Shown: positions 7,975 to 17,139, counted from the stretch's first letter. The stretch is DNA of 57,482 nucleotides from a virus (IMGVR_UViG_3300032212_000008:1-57482); one strand, 5' to 3'. Program-made: numbers and translations. Notes: generated from the letters alone by a model not told the origin.

Positions 7975-9575
7975 TGCTTTGCCCTCATCAATTCAACCAT
8001 GCGGCGAAGCCAGGGGATTAGATCGGCGGCGTAGTTGGGAGCCTTCTCTTCGATGATGTCGGCTCCTGCGGAAAGGAGGTCGTCAAGCATCGGGTAGCGT
8101 GCCCCCACCAGTCGAAAGAACTCGTCGAACCTCTCCTTCTCCGTCGCGTTGTCGGCCAGCTCTTGGAGTTGGTCGGACGCCTTGCCCTTCAGGAACGGCG
8201 ACAGGGTTTTCATCCGAGGAGTGTCGAGCGCGTGGGTCGTCTGCAACGGGAAGAAGCGCAGACCCATCGGGTCGGGGTCGTTGAGCTTCGGCGGGCGCGG
8301 GCCCTCGAAGAGAGCGACACGCTGGATGCCTGCCTCTTCTGCCTCCTTGAGCAGGGCGGTCAGCACTTCCTCGAGCGTCCCGTCGTCCTGCGCCTTCTGC
8401 ATGAGCTCAAGCGCCCTGGGGTCGACCATGCCGGCACCTGCACCGGGAGGATGAATGCCTGTCTCGTAGAGATCGAGGGGCATCGCGTAGCCGGGGAAGC
8501 GCTCGTCGAGCCAAAGGCGCATGGCCTTCCAAGTGCGTGACATCGCCTCGATGTCTTTGACGGCTGCTTGGCGGAAAGCCTTGGGGTCGTACCCCTTGCT
8601 TGTGTCGTCGTAAAGCGCCTTCAGATGCTCGCCGTGCCCGACGTAGCCCCCGAGAGCATATCGGATGCCTTTGGGGTCGGTGACATCGGCGAGTTGTTGA
8701 GCTGCGATGCTTTTGGTGTAGTCGGCGTCGCTGGTGGTCTGCCCTCCGATGACGACTTCCTTCTGACCGTTGGCGACGAGAGCTTGGGCGACGCGGCCCA
8801 TGCGTGCGGCGAGGTTACGCTTGACCTTGTTGAAGTCGGCCCTCGCGCTGTCGGACCAGTCTGCCCAGTCATAGTCCCAAGGGAAGGCCGTAGGGTTGCC
8901 TCCCGTTTTGATCCTGGTGCGATCGAACAACGCGCGTTGCTCCTCCCAGTCCGCAGGTGCCGTGTTCCAGGGCAGCTCGTTGTGGATCTCGACGATGTCG
9001 CAGACGACGATGAATGCACCTTGGGCTGCGACCTCTTCGCAGTCTTCCAAGTGGTAAGGAACCCAGGCCCTTCCAGGCAACATGCCGCGCTCATGTTCGG
9101 GGTCTTCGCTCATCTCCACCCTTCGCATCATCGGCAGCGTCCAGTTCAGGTAGCGGCAGCCGGTGAACTGAGCGTAGAAGTGGTTGATCTCCTCGTCTCG
9201 ATCAAACTCCAACACGGGCTGAACCTCCGGGGCGATTCCCGGGCGAGGGCGAAAGGCTACGACCGTGTGACCTTCGGGGATGAACCAGGCCATCGCTTCC
9301 GTGTTGTCGATGCTTCCTCCTGACAAGAAGCGCGTGTCGTAGTCCTTGGGCAGTATCACGGCAACTCCTCGTACATCGACCTCCATCGGTGCCCCTGCGT
9401 GGTTGCCGAAGCTGTAGTAGCAGGCTTCCTCGGTCGGGTCGACCTTGCGAGGCGGCTGCTCGGGGCGGTAGTTGTTCCAGTCGTACGCGAGGGGGCCGCT
9501 CGATGCGTCGAGCAGGTTGTTCGTCAGCGCGTAGGTGTCCTCTTGGAGGCGCGGGGGGTTGATCCAGATTTCCAT
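7971..9575 (-). CDS. putative glycoside hydrolase (clan GH-A-like TIM barrel)
   Basis: IVEIHNELPWN (NE acid/base-like) and LDLYETGIH (nucleophile-like) motifs, plus CRYLNW and aromatic-rich segments. Family recognised from memory, not by search. Confidence 0.55.
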   Translation of the reverse strand: MEIWINPPRLQEDTYALTNNLLDASSGPLAYDWNNYRPEQPPRKVDPTEEACYYSFGNHAGAPMEVDVRGVAVILPKDYDTRFLSGGSIDNTEAMAWFIPEGHTVVAFRPRPGIAPEVQPVLEFDRDEEINHFYAQFTGCRYLNWTLPMMRRVEMSEDPEHERGMLPGRAWVPYHLEDCEEVAAQGAFIVVCDIVEIHNELPWNTAPADWEEQRALFDRTRIKTGGNPTAFPWDYDWADWSDSARADFNKVKRNLAARMGRVAQALVANGQKEVVIGGQTTSDADYTKSIAAQQLADVTDPKGIRYALGGYVGHGEHLKALYDDTSKGYDPKAFRQAAVKDIEAMSRTWKAMRLWLDERFPGYAMPLDLYETGIHPPGAGAGMVDPRALELMQKAQDDGTLEEVLTALLKEAEEAGIQRVALFEGPRPPKLNDPDPMGLRFFPLQTTHALDTPRMKTLSPFLKGKASDQLQELADNATEKERFDEFFRLVGARYPMLDDLLSAGADIIEEKAPNYAADLIPWLRRMVELMRAKQ

Positions 9576-9577
9576 GG

Positions 9578-9823
9578 TTATTTGATGCCTGCGGCTCTGT
9601 AGTCGATGCCTTCGGGGTTGAGGGTAAGGGGTGATGTTTCGCGAATGTAGACGGGTCGGGGGAGAGGGGGAGGTGCCTGCTCTTGTTGTTCCTTGAGTCG
9701 ACGGATCTCCTCCCGCAACTCGAGGATCTCTCGTCGATCTTTACGTGCTTGGTTTTCCTGAAGTACGAGGCTGAAGAGCGCAAAGCAAACAGCGCCGATG
9801 GCGAGTTTGTGGTGGGGCTTCAA
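9578..9823 (-). CDS. small membrane-anchored coiled-coil protein
   Basis: N-terminal hydrophobic helix, then a charged helix and a Pro-rich tail. Confidence 0.65.
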   Translation of the reverse strand: MKPHHKLAIGAVCFALFSLVLQENQARKDRREILELREEIRRLKEQQEQAPPPLPRPVYIRETSPLTLNPEGIDYRAAGIK

Positions 9824-10071
9824 GACGCACCCCCCTCATCGTCCAGAGTCGCCGAAATACGCACGGAGCGGACCCCCGTCGGAGACGGCGACTGCCGCGC
9901 CGAGGTGTAGGCGATAGTCCCGCATCGAACGCACCTCCAACCCGCCCAGACGTAGTTCGGGGATGCCTCGGGCTCGATCAGCTCCTGGGGCACTTCTACT
10001 CGCACCCATTTCGGCCAGCACCACACCTCTCGAAGGTGGGCCCAAAACTTCGGCTTCTTCGGTAAACGCAT
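9820..10071 (-). CDS. hypothetical protein (CxxC)
   Basis: Operon packing, purine-rich RBS, CVRC motif. Confidence 0.55.
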   Translation of the reverse strand: MRLPKKPKFWAHLREVWCWPKWVRVEVPQELIEPEASPNYVWAGWRCVRCGTIAYTSARQSPSPTGVRSVRISATLDDEGGAS

Positions 10072-10073
10072 GG

Positions 10074-10439
10074 CTAGGACGTTCCCCCCTCGCCCTGCGC
10101 CCCGGAGGGGGCGGTGGGCTCAGCCCTTTCCACCGGCCTCGGGTCTTTCTGCCAGCGCTGCGATCGGATGGCCCTGCCGTACCAGGGCCTAAGCGCCATG
10201 AAGCCAATAGGCCCGACATAGAGCGCACAGAACCTCCTTGCGCTGGCATCCGTGCGGAAGCACGAACGCTCCCGGGGGATCCAGTTCACTTCGAAAGCCA
10301 GGCACCACCACAGCAGGAAAAAACAGACGTCGTCCCTGGAGAGGTACACCTCGACCAACGGACCTAGCTTGATGGCAGGCTCGTCCCACCGACGATAGAC
10401 GTTCTTCTCGAACCGAGTGAGTTCCTTCGGGTTGTTCAC
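10074..10439 (-). CDS. hypothetical protein
   Basis: GTGA overlap with the upstream gene and a GGGGAGG RBS. Confidence 0.6.
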   Translation of the reverse strand: MNNPKELTRFEKNVYRRWDEPAIKLGPLVEVYLSRDDVCFFLLWWCLAFEVNWIPRERSCFRTDASARRFCALYVGPIGFMALRPWYGRAIRSQRWQKDPRPVERAEPTAPSGAQGEGGTS

Positions 10440-10705
10440 TGGCCCGCCTCCCCGCCCTCAGCCCCCGCAGGGGCGGAGGCCCTCTCAGCAAGCGCCCGTC
10501 TGATCGCCACGGCCTTTGCCTGCGCCAGCGTAGACGCTTCCTCGCTCGTGACGTGATAAGGCCCGTAGAGCGTTTCCACGTCCTTATTGCTTTCCCAGAC
10601 GCTCATGTAGGCGCCGTGTCCTCGCATCGAGTAGGCGCCCCAGCTCACGCGCCCGGTGTCCCGGTCCTCCCAGCGCGAGACCTTGATGTCCCAACTACTC
10701 GGCAT
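10436..10705 (-). CDS. hypothetical protein (start MPSSWDIK)
   Basis: GGAGGT RBS before ATG 10705; overlaps the upstream stop. Confidence 0.6.
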   Translation of the reverse strand: MPSSWDIKVSRWEDRDTGRVSWGAYSMRGHGAYMSVWESNKDVETLYGPYHVTSEEASTLAQAKAVAIRRALAERASAPAGAEGGEAGQ

Positions 10706-12344
10706 CTTCCACCTCCCCGCTCTCAGCGCCCGCAGGGGGCGGGGGGAGGGGCCGGACGTACAGGCCGCGCGCGCTAGTGATCGCATTCCCCCACTTGTCT
10801 GACCAAGCATCGATGCGGTCGTCCCAAAACACGATGGACATTCCGGGGAACCGGTCGTCAATCAAAGAACAGAGCCAACGGTTCCCGTCCCTCGGCGCCG
10901 TCTCGATCGGCTGCCAGCCGCCGGGCTCTGTCAATCGAACCGCATAGCCTTCCTCGCGTACTGCCGCCCACGCCCACGCCTGGACCTCATGAAAATCATC
11001 GCTGTGCGCCTCTACACTATCACACTGCCTGGCGCGCTCGCCATCCGCGCTGATCCGACCCCCGCAGCCACAAAGCCCGGGTGCGCCGTCTCCGTAGAGG
11101 CCATCGCTGGAGAGGAACGCGGAGTCGCCGCAGGTGTCGCATTGCATGTCCCCCCACGCGCCCTTGGGGATCGCGTGGTGTAGGTAGGCGACCGTCAGGG
11201 CCAGGCGCTTGCGGTCGTCCTCCAGCTCGGCCACGCGGTCCCGGAGGCGCTGCACCTCAGCGAGTGCGGCCCTGGCCTTGCTCTCGCCAGCCCGCCACGG
11301 CACTAGCTTCGCGACCTCTCCCCAGCGGTCGAGCACGGTCAGCGCCTCGCGCTTCCAGCGCTGCAAGTCGGCCATCTCAAACGCCGCCGCCTTGCGCTTC
11401 TTAATCACCGCCTCGGCGCTCTCCAGCTCCTCGAACGTGCCGTCTGCCTTGTAGAAGCGCAGAGCCTCGGCCTCCAATTCGTAGCGCCGAGCGTGGTCGC
11501 GCTCCCATTCGCAGTAGACGCACCACTCGGACGGCTCAGCGTTAGGGACGCTCTCGTCGAAGGTCTCCTCATGGAAGCGCTTGGCGTGGCCGCACTCCAT
11601 CTTCTCGCCCAGCTCGGCAACGCGGGCGCGCAGCTCCCGAACCAAGCGCTCGATGCCGTGCGGTGCGTAGGTAACGTCGTCCAACGTGACCCACTGGCTT
11701 TCCCTCTCGGTCGCCCGGAGGTTGTGGACATGCCCAAGCACCTCGGACTTGCCCTCGAACCCAGCAAGGGCATCCAGTAGCGCCTGCCAACGATCCTTCG
11801 ATTCCTCCGGTGGTGTTTCCAGCTCGGCCACGCGGGCCTCGGCGGCTTCGGCGCGGGCGGTTGCGGCCCCCAGAGCCTCAAGCGATGCAGAGGTCGCGGC
11901 CTTGCGGCCTCGATTTACCAACTCCAACTTGTCCCGCTCCGCGATCACGGCCTCCAGGCGGGCCTCGGCGGCTTCCAAGTCGTCGAAGATCACCGTCAGC
12001 TCGTCGGTCTCACCGTTGATCCACTCGGGTGTGTTCCCCTTGTAGCGGTCTCGGATTGCCTTGGTGCTGCGGCGGCTAATCGCAAACGAAAGCTTAGTCC
12101 AGAGCGCTTGGCGGCGCTCAAACTCGGCCTCGGCGGCTTTCAGCTCCGCGAGCGTATCGCCGTCCTCCTGGAGCTCTCGCGAGCGCTTAGAGTTCACACG
12201 ACCCCAGCCCGCTTCTGCCTCGTCCCGCTCCGCAATCAAAGTCTCCAGGCGGGCGGCCAACGCAGGGGCGGCCTTCGCTTGAACATCTGCGTGTGCGTCG
12301 CGCCCGTTGGCGATCAGTTGCTCGTCGGTCAGTTGGTCACTCAT
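10695..12344 (-). CDS. Ead/Ea22-like mosaic coiled-coil protein with C-terminal WQPIETAP (DUF551-like) domain
   Basis: Repeated RVAELE/AAEA coiled-coil linkers, Cys clusters, GWQPIETAPRDG. Confidence 0.7.
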   Translation of the reverse strand: MSDQLTDEQLIANGRDAHADVQAKAAPALAARLETLIAERDEAEAGWGRVNSKRSRELQEDGDTLAELKAAEAEFERRQALWTKLSFAISRRSTKAIRDRYKGNTPEWINGETDELTVIFDDLEAAEARLEAVIAERDKLELVNRGRKAATSASLEALGAATARAEAAEARVAELETPPEESKDRWQALLDALAGFEGKSEVLGHVHNLRATERESQWVTLDDVTYAPHGIERLVRELRARVAELGEKMECGHAKRFHEETFDESVPNAEPSEWCVYCEWERDHARRYELEAEALRFYKADGTFEELESAEAVIKKRKAAAFEMADLQRWKREALTVLDRWGEVAKLVPWRAGESKARAALAEVQRLRDRVAELEDDRKRLALTVAYLHHAIPKGAWGDMQCDTCGDSAFLSSDGLYGDGAPGLCGCGGRISADGERARQCDSVEAHSDDFHEVQAWAWAAVREEGYAVRLTEPGGWQPIETAPRDGNRWLCSLIDDRFPGMSIVFWDDRIDAWSDKWGNAITSARGLYVRPLPPPPAGAESGEVEDAE

Positions 12345-12676
12345 TGCTCTTCACCTCTCTGGTACTCGTAGCCTTCAGGGACGCAGGCGAGGAGCCCGCG
12401 ATATTCGATCCATTCGTACTCGGGGATGAAGAACCACTGGCCGCCCCACTCCCCGAGCCACTCAACACGGCCACCAACCCGACGACTGCCAAGCCGGGAA
12501 GGGTCGCGCTGGGCGATAGGCCCCTTGATCGAGTCCGGCTCCAGCGTGGAGACCCAGACTTGATCGGGAGTGATAGACCTTTGAGTGTTGCCGGGGGGAA
12601 AGGCGACAGCGACACACACAACGAGCACCACGCACCCGAGGAACAAGGCAGGGCCGGTCTTATTGTGGTCAGTCAT
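12341..12676 (-). CDS. membrane-anchored hypothetical protein
   Basis: GGAG RBS before ATG 12676; N-terminal TM segment ALFLGCVVLVVCVAVAF. Confidence 0.65.
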   Translation of the reverse strand: MTDHNKTGPALFLGCVVLVVCVAVAFPPGNTQRSITPDQVWVSTLEPDSIKGPIAQRDPSRLGSRRVGGRVEWLGEWGGQWFFIPEYEWIEYRGLLACVPEGYEYQRGEEQ

Positions 12677-12971
12677 TGTTGTTCTCCAAGCCAGCAGCCT
12701 CCTCGATCTCGTCGGCCATGCGGCGAAGCCTGTTGGCAACAGTCTGCGCTCCCACGGCTTTTGCCTCCGCTTCGGTCAAGTCGTCGACCGGGCCGATTAC
12801 GTGCAGGTCCATAGGGACGACCCAGGCGCTGAGGATCCATGGGCAAGGGTCCATGTGGACATGTCGATTGCCAACGGAGACCTTCCAGCTGCTGCCTTCG
12901 ATTTCCCACCAAGTCGGCGTCCTTTCTTGGCCCCGCCTGTAAGAGGTTGCGTCTTTCCAGGAGTCAGACAT
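12669..12971 (-). CDS. phage hypothetical protein (WKDATSY)
   Basis: GGGAGG RBS and overlapping junctions. Confidence 0.7.
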   Translation of the reverse strand: MSDSWKDATSYRRGQERTPTWWEIEGSSWKVSVGNRHVHMDPCPWILSAWVVPMDLHVIGPVDDLTEAEAKAVGAQTVANRLRRMADEIEEAAGLENNND

Positions 12972-13206
12972 TGATGCCCTCCCGGCCTTCGCTGGCCTCC
13001 CGAATGATCCGCATAAGGTCCGCGGAAAGCGCGGGCCGCTCCTCTGCGCAGTCCTCGGCATAGGCGCGAAGCGCCGGGATCGCGTGCCTGTCGTGCGTCA
13101 GGTCGAGCACGAAGTATCCGCACCCGTCATGCTTGCCGCCGGGGGCGTCCGAGCCATCGACTCGTTGCACCCTAAATTTGGCGATCAGTCCTCGTTGGTC
13201 AGGCAT
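12964..13206 (-). CDS. conserved phage hypothetical protein (GGKHDGC.YFVLDLTHD.HA.PALRAYA)
   Basis: Motif familiar from small phage accessory proteins; RBS and overlap support ATG 13206. Confidence 0.75.
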   Translation of the reverse strand: MPDQRGLIAKFRVQRVDGSDAPGGKHDGCGYFVLDLTHDRHAIPALRAYAEDCAEERPALSADLMRIIREASEGREGINV

Positions 13207-13909
13207 CAGTTTCCCCCTGGCCTTCGCTGGCCTCCTGGGGCTGGGGCTTGATGCCTTGGGCCAACTCCCGAATCGACAGCAAGGATCGCTCCATCGACTG
13301 CGCGACGGTTTCTCCCGGGCGAGGGTTGGCCGCGTGCTCGGCAGCATAACGAATCTCGAACAGGCGCTTCCGCAGCCGCTCCAGCTCGGCCCTCAACTCC
13401 GTCGCGTGCGTGAGGTTCGCGTCCCGCGACTTGGTAAGCCCCTGGAGCCCCTCGCGGATCTCCCGAAGGATGCTCGGCCGGACTTCCTCATCGGGAACCT
13501 TAGTCGGCACGAACCCAGCGCAGCATCGGGACGCTTCGTGACGCCATTGCGCCAGCTCGGTCTCTGATTGATTCAGTTCCTCGCAGAGCCCGTCAACTGC
13601 GGCATTCAGGTCAGCCGCCTCCGCTTGAGCCTCCGCTTGAGCCTCCAGCATGTCGCTGACTTCGGTGGATGTCAGCCTAAGTTCGGCCTCCTGGGCCTCG
13701 CGCTCGGCGAAGCGCTCCTCAACCTCCAAACGCATCGCGGCCAAGGCTGTATCGACTGCGCTTGAAGGGTTGTCAGAGTCAGGCGGGAAGGCTGCAGCGA
13801 TCGCCGCCTTTGCACTTTCGAGAACTTGTATTCCCAGCCTTAAAGAAGGCTTCCATCCCTTCTCCTCGGCGCGGTCGGCGCTCCCCTGGGCTTTCGTTTG
13901 ATCTCCCAT
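13199..13909 (-). CDS. coiled-coil hypothetical protein
   Basis: GGAGG RBS before ATG 13909; heptad-rich. Confidence 0.7.
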   Translation of the reverse strand: MGDQTKAQGSADRAEEKGWKPSLRLGIQVLESAKAAIAAAFPPDSDNPSSAVDTALAAMRLEVEERFAEREAQEAELRLTSTEVSDMLEAQAEAQAEAADLNAAVDGLCEELNQSETELAQWRHEASRCCAGFVPTKVPDEEVRPSILREIREGLQGLTKSRDANLTHATELRAELERLRKRLFEIRYAAEHAANPRPGETVAQSMERSLLSIRELAQGIKPQPQEASEGQGETDA

Positions 13910-13911
13910 GA

Positions 13912-14232
13912 CTAGCACCCTCCTTGCAGGTGAGGGAAGCGCTCGTAGTAGCGCTTCAAGTAGCGGGCGCTGTTGCCGAAAGCCTGGTGCATGGTGACGC
14001 GGGAGAGCCTGGCTGCCAGCCAGCGGTTCAAGATGTCTTCGAGGACGGACCAATTGTCGTAGCCCACCTTGCCCCGGGTGTTATCGTAGAACATGTAAGC
14101 CCGCACCACCGCGCGGTACATGCGAAGCTCCCACTCGTCGTCGCTCCACTCAGGAGCCGGGACGGGGTACAGGTCAATGAGGGCGTCGAGGATCTCGACC
14201 TCGCCTTCCAGGTAGTCGGGTTGGTCACTCAC
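13912..14232 (-). CDS. hypothetical protein
   Basis: GGAG RBS, GTGA overlap. Confidence 0.7.
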   Translation of the reverse strand: MSDQPDYLEGEVEILDALIDLYPVPAPEWSDDEWELRMYRAVVRAYMFYDNTRGKVGYDNWSVLEDILNRWLAARLSRVTMHQAFGNSARYLKRYYERFPHLQGGC

Positions 14233-14570
14233 CGCAACTCTCCTTTGGTTCTCTTCTCCTCTGAGTTCAATCGGATGGCTGAGCCCGCGAACGCTTCGCC
14301 GTCTTGGCGCTGGTATCCGACCTCTCCGTTTGAAAAAACAACCAGGCGGATAACGAGTCCTTCGTACTCAAGGTGCCCCCCACAGTGGGGGCAAGGGTCT
14401 TGAGAATACGTCCTGTCGATCATTTGTCCTGTCAGCCAGTTCGATCTCACGTAGCCTGCGAACCCGCAGCGATTGCAAGGGCAGGTAGTTTGGAATGCTC
14501 CCACCTTCTTGATCGTCAGAGGCTTTTCCTTCGGCCACAGCCCGCCAAAGATTCGGTTCCAAAGTCCCAT
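14229..14570 (-). CDS. Zn-ribbon hypothetical protein
   Basis: CNRC and CPHC pairs; GGAGG RBS. Confidence 0.65.
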   Translation of the reverse strand: MGLWNRIFGGLWPKEKPLTIKKVGAFQTTCPCNRCGFAGYVRSNWLTGQMIDRTYSQDPCPHCGGHLEYEGLVIRLVVFSNGEVGYQRQDGEAFAGSAIRLNSEEKRTKGELR

Positions 14571-14572
14571 GA

Positions 14573-15013
14573 CTAGCGAGCCTCCGACTTCTTGATCTCG
14601 ACGAACGCCTTGACGCTCACGCGACCTTTGACGATCAGCTCTTCCGGCGGGTTGGTCGCCTTGTAGAGACCCTTGGCTTCCGCCTGGATGCGACTGCCGC
14701 GCGCGGCGCGTTGAGCGCGGGAGCGCTTGTTGTGCGTGCTCACCAGCTCTTCAAGGATCGTCTGATCGTCGCCGTATACCTGCGACGCCAGCGCGCTCAC
14801 CGCATCGGCCAACAAAGCCCAAGGGTCCGCGCTCGTTTCCTGTTTGCGCGTGTGGTCCTTGCCTACCTTCATCTCTCCTACCACTCGGAGAGTCGTATCG
14901 AACTCATAGTCCCCCGGGAGGATGAGTCCGCGCGCTGCCTTGCGCTTCGCTTCGCTGTACGTTTTGGGGAGGGCGAGGACGGTAACGGCCTCGGTCCTGG
15001 TCATGCTCGACAT
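14573..15013 (-). CDS. hypothetical protein
   Basis: Directly downstream of the predicted promoter; C-rich leader. Confidence 0.75.
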   Translation of the reverse strand: MSSMTRTEAVTVLALPKTYSEAKRKAARGLILPGDYEFDTTLRVVGEMKVGKDHTRKQETSADPWALLADAVSALASQVYGDDQTILEELVSTHNKRSRAQRAARGSRIQAEAKGLYKATNPPEELIVKGRVSVKAFVEIKKSEAR

Positions 15014-15062
15014 GGTTCAGTGGGGTAAGGGTCTCCCTGGATCGCTCCAGGTGGGTGCTAGA

Positions 15063-15092
15063 AGCCTAGGCGCTTCTAGGGTTGGGTGTCAA
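15063..15092 (-). promoter_or_regulatory. sigma70-type promoter TTGACA-N18-TAGGCT, overlapped by an 8-bp inverted repeat (CTAGAAGC/GCTTCTAG)
   Basis: Consensus -35 at 15092-15087 and -10 at 15068-15063 in an intergenic gap. Confidence 0.6.
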
Positions 15093-15102
15093 GGGGTGTC
15101 TC

Positions 15103-15330
15103 CTACCAGAGACCGGTACCCCAGCCAATCACGCCAGCCGTGCAACCGGCCACTGTTAGAACGGCGGCGATGCAGACAAAGCGAAGAGTGAACTTCCACA
15201 TGGCTTCAATTTGCTTCGTGGAGCGCTTTACGGCGTCCTTGGTCACCTGGGTCTTCAACTCTTCCGGCAGCTCGGAGAACTTGAGGCGAGGAAGGTCGAT
15301 CGGGATTTCGGGATCTTGAGGTTGGGTCAT
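15103..15330 (-). CDS. small membrane protein
   Basis: Start MTQPQD; C-terminal hydrophobic helix. Confidence 0.6.
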   Translation of the reverse strand: MTQPQDPEIPIDLPRLKFSELPEELKTQVTKDAVKRSTKQIEAMWKFTLRFVCIAAVLTVAGCTAGVIGWGTGLW

Positions 15331-15332
15331 CG

Positions 15333-15422
15333 TTACAGCAGGCAGAGGGTCAGGAACACGTAGCCTAGGACGAGAAGGCCCCCTAGGCGTAGGCCGTTGG
15401 CGACGGTTTGGGCGGGTGTCAT
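15333..15422 (-). CDS. 29-aa membrane peptide MTPAQTVANGLRLGGLLVLGYVFLTLCLL
   Basis: ATGA overlap with the upstream stop; fills the gap exactly; not in the ORF track. Confidence 0.5.
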   Translation of the reverse strand: MTPAQTVANGLRLGGLLVLGYVFLTLCLL

Positions 15423-15679
15423 CGGTTCGCCTTCTGGAAGCGCTCAATGGCTTCCTCTTTGAGCGTGTCTCGGAAGCGTTCGACGAGTCCGGCAGGGCTG
15501 GACACTAAGTCAATGCCCCACCACTCGCAAACACGCTGCATGTTCGCATCGTCCTGGGGCTCGATGTCCAGCTCGGCCGTGATGTTCTCGACCTCGTAGT
15601 TCTTGCCCTCCTCGCCCCAGTCTTCATCGAAGACGTCGGCGGTGAAGTGGAGGCCGTCGCGGTGCCATTCAACTTGCAT
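15419..15679 (-). CDS. acidic hypothetical protein
   Basis: AAGGAG RBS, operon packing. Confidence 0.7.
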   Translation of the reverse strand: MQVEWHRDGLHFTADVFDEDWGEEGKNYEVENITAELDIEPQDDANMQRVCEWWGIDLVSSPAGLVERFRDTLKEEAIERFQKANR

Positions 15680-16040
15680 TGGTGCTCTCCTTCAGCTCTT
15701 CGGCTAGGTCTTTGAGGAAGTCGCCGTGTAACACGTACTCGCGCACTTCGTCGTCGGGCGTTCCGTCAAGCATGGCCTCGAATGCGTTGTATGGGGACAG
15801 CATTGCGATTCTAGTCCGTCGTTTGGCTTCGATCGCGTCTTCTTCGATAGCGCAGATACTGTGGTACACGGCGCAGGCCATATCAGAGCCAGGGATGCGC
15901 TCGGACGTGCCATCGGCAAAGCGATACTCTGCCGGGCCTCTAGACGGGCGTGTGATGGCCACTAGCTGGCGGGTGGTGCCGTCTGGGTGCCTAAACTCGA
16001 ATGTCTGCCCTTCGGGCATCCTTGCGTATAGGGTGCCCAT
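15669..16040 (-). CDS. hypothetical protein
   Basis: GGAGG RBS, operon packing. Confidence 0.7.
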   Translation of the reverse strand: MGTLYARMPEGQTFEFRHPDGTTRQLVAITRPSRGPAEYRFADGTSERIPGSDMACAVYHSICAIEEDAIEAKRRTRIAMLSPYNAFEAMLDGTPDDEVREYVLHGDFLKDLAEELKESTNAS

Positions 16041-16043
16041 GAC

Positions 16044-16412
16044 TTAGCCCTCCGAGGCTTCGGTGATTTGCTTGCCGTACTTGGCCGCGAGTCTCTCGGC
16101 CATCTCGGTACGATTGCGGATCATGGTGGGCATGTGAACACCTAGGCCGATGGTGGTGCCTTCCTTGTCGAGGTAGATCGCGCAACCGGAGGAATACACC
16201 TGGACCTCGCCGTCTTCCTTGGCCTTCTCGTAGATCACGACGTGGTTGTCTAAGGAGCCCAGCGCGAACGCGTGTACGAAACCGTAGTCGACGGTCGAGT
16301 TACTCAGCAAGCCCTTGACGTGGTTTGAGTTCAAGCCTCGGCGCGTGGTAGGTAGCTCGGCCTCGGTGACGATCCAGACAATCTCACCCTCCAGAACCTT
16401 ATACGGCTCCAT
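16044..16412 (-). CDS. hypothetical protein
   Basis: GGAG RBS, operon packing. Confidence 0.7.
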   Translation of the reverse strand: MEPYKVLEGEIVWIVTEAELPTTRRGLNSNHVKGLLSNSTVDYGFVHAFALGSLDNHVVIYEKAKEDGEVQVYSSGCAIYLDKEGTTIGLGVHMPTMIRNRTEMAERLAAKYGKQITEASEG

Positions 16413-16653
16413 AGTAAGCTCCGGGCTTGCGGTTGCTGGGGTCGTGCTCGGTGACGTACATGCGTTGGAGCGAGCCGTTCTCTACCCCGTTGTCTAGGAT
16501 GCGCGTTAGGTGTCGGATATCCGAAAGCCTGCGGTTCAGGTCGGCGCGGTGGAAGAGCTCCCCCTTCCTGACCTTGAACCAGTCGTCAACCTCGAGCTGC
16601 TCGGAGATTAGGCCCTTTAAGTGTTCGGGGGTTTTGGGATGTGCTTGGTTCAT
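16399..16653 (-). CDS. hypothetical protein
   Basis: ATGA overlap. Confidence 0.6.
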   Translation of the reverse strand: MNQAHPKTPEHLKGLISEQLEVDDWFKVRKGELFHRADLNRRLSDIRHLTRILDNGVENGSLQRMYVTEHDPSNRKPGAYYGAV

Positions 16654-16895
16654 TTGGCGTTGGGGTCTTTGGTGGTGACGGTGAGGGTGAATGGTGAGTC
16701 AATCTCGATTCGCTCTCCTCTATAACGCGCGACGTAATCAGGGGCCTCGTTGGCCACGGTTTGAACGATCTTCCGGGCTGCGTCCGTGGCTTCGGCGTTG
16801 TCGTCCGCAGCGATCTTGTAGTGGTCGATCACCCTGCCGTCGGACATTAGCGTCTTACCGTTCGAGTGCTCTATCGTGATCCAGTAGTCAGGCAC
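16650..16895 (-). CDS. hypothetical protein
   Basis: AGGAG RBS, GTG start. Confidence 0.65.
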   Translation of the reverse strand: MPDYWITIEHSNGKTLMSDGRVIDHYKIAADDNAEATDAARKIVQTVANEAPDYVARYRGERIEIDSPFTLTVTTKDPNAK

Positions 16896-17139
16896 GGGTG
16901 ATTCTCCTGCGTTTGCGAGCGTTCGAGCCCGCGCGGTTCTTGAGGGGTACCAAGCGCCCGCCTAGGCGCTTGCGTCGTTTGGGCGTGCGTGGCGTCATCG
17001 AGGCCCGAAAGAGCACCACTAGGCGTGCTTCTAGACCTGTCACGTCTATAGGCACAAGAATCGGGGCGAGCGGCTCTCGGTCGATTACCGGAAGGTCTCT
17101 AACCTCCCCCGGTATTTTCGTCTGAGCTCGGACCCTCAC
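16888..17139 (-). CDS. small basic hypothetical protein
   Basis: GTGA overlap at 17139; Arg/Lys-rich C-terminus. Confidence 0.45.
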   Translation of the reverse strand: MRVRAQTKIPGEVRDLPVIDREPLAPILVPIDVTGLEARLVVLFRASMTPRTPKRRKRLGGRLVPLKNRAGSNARKRRRITRA

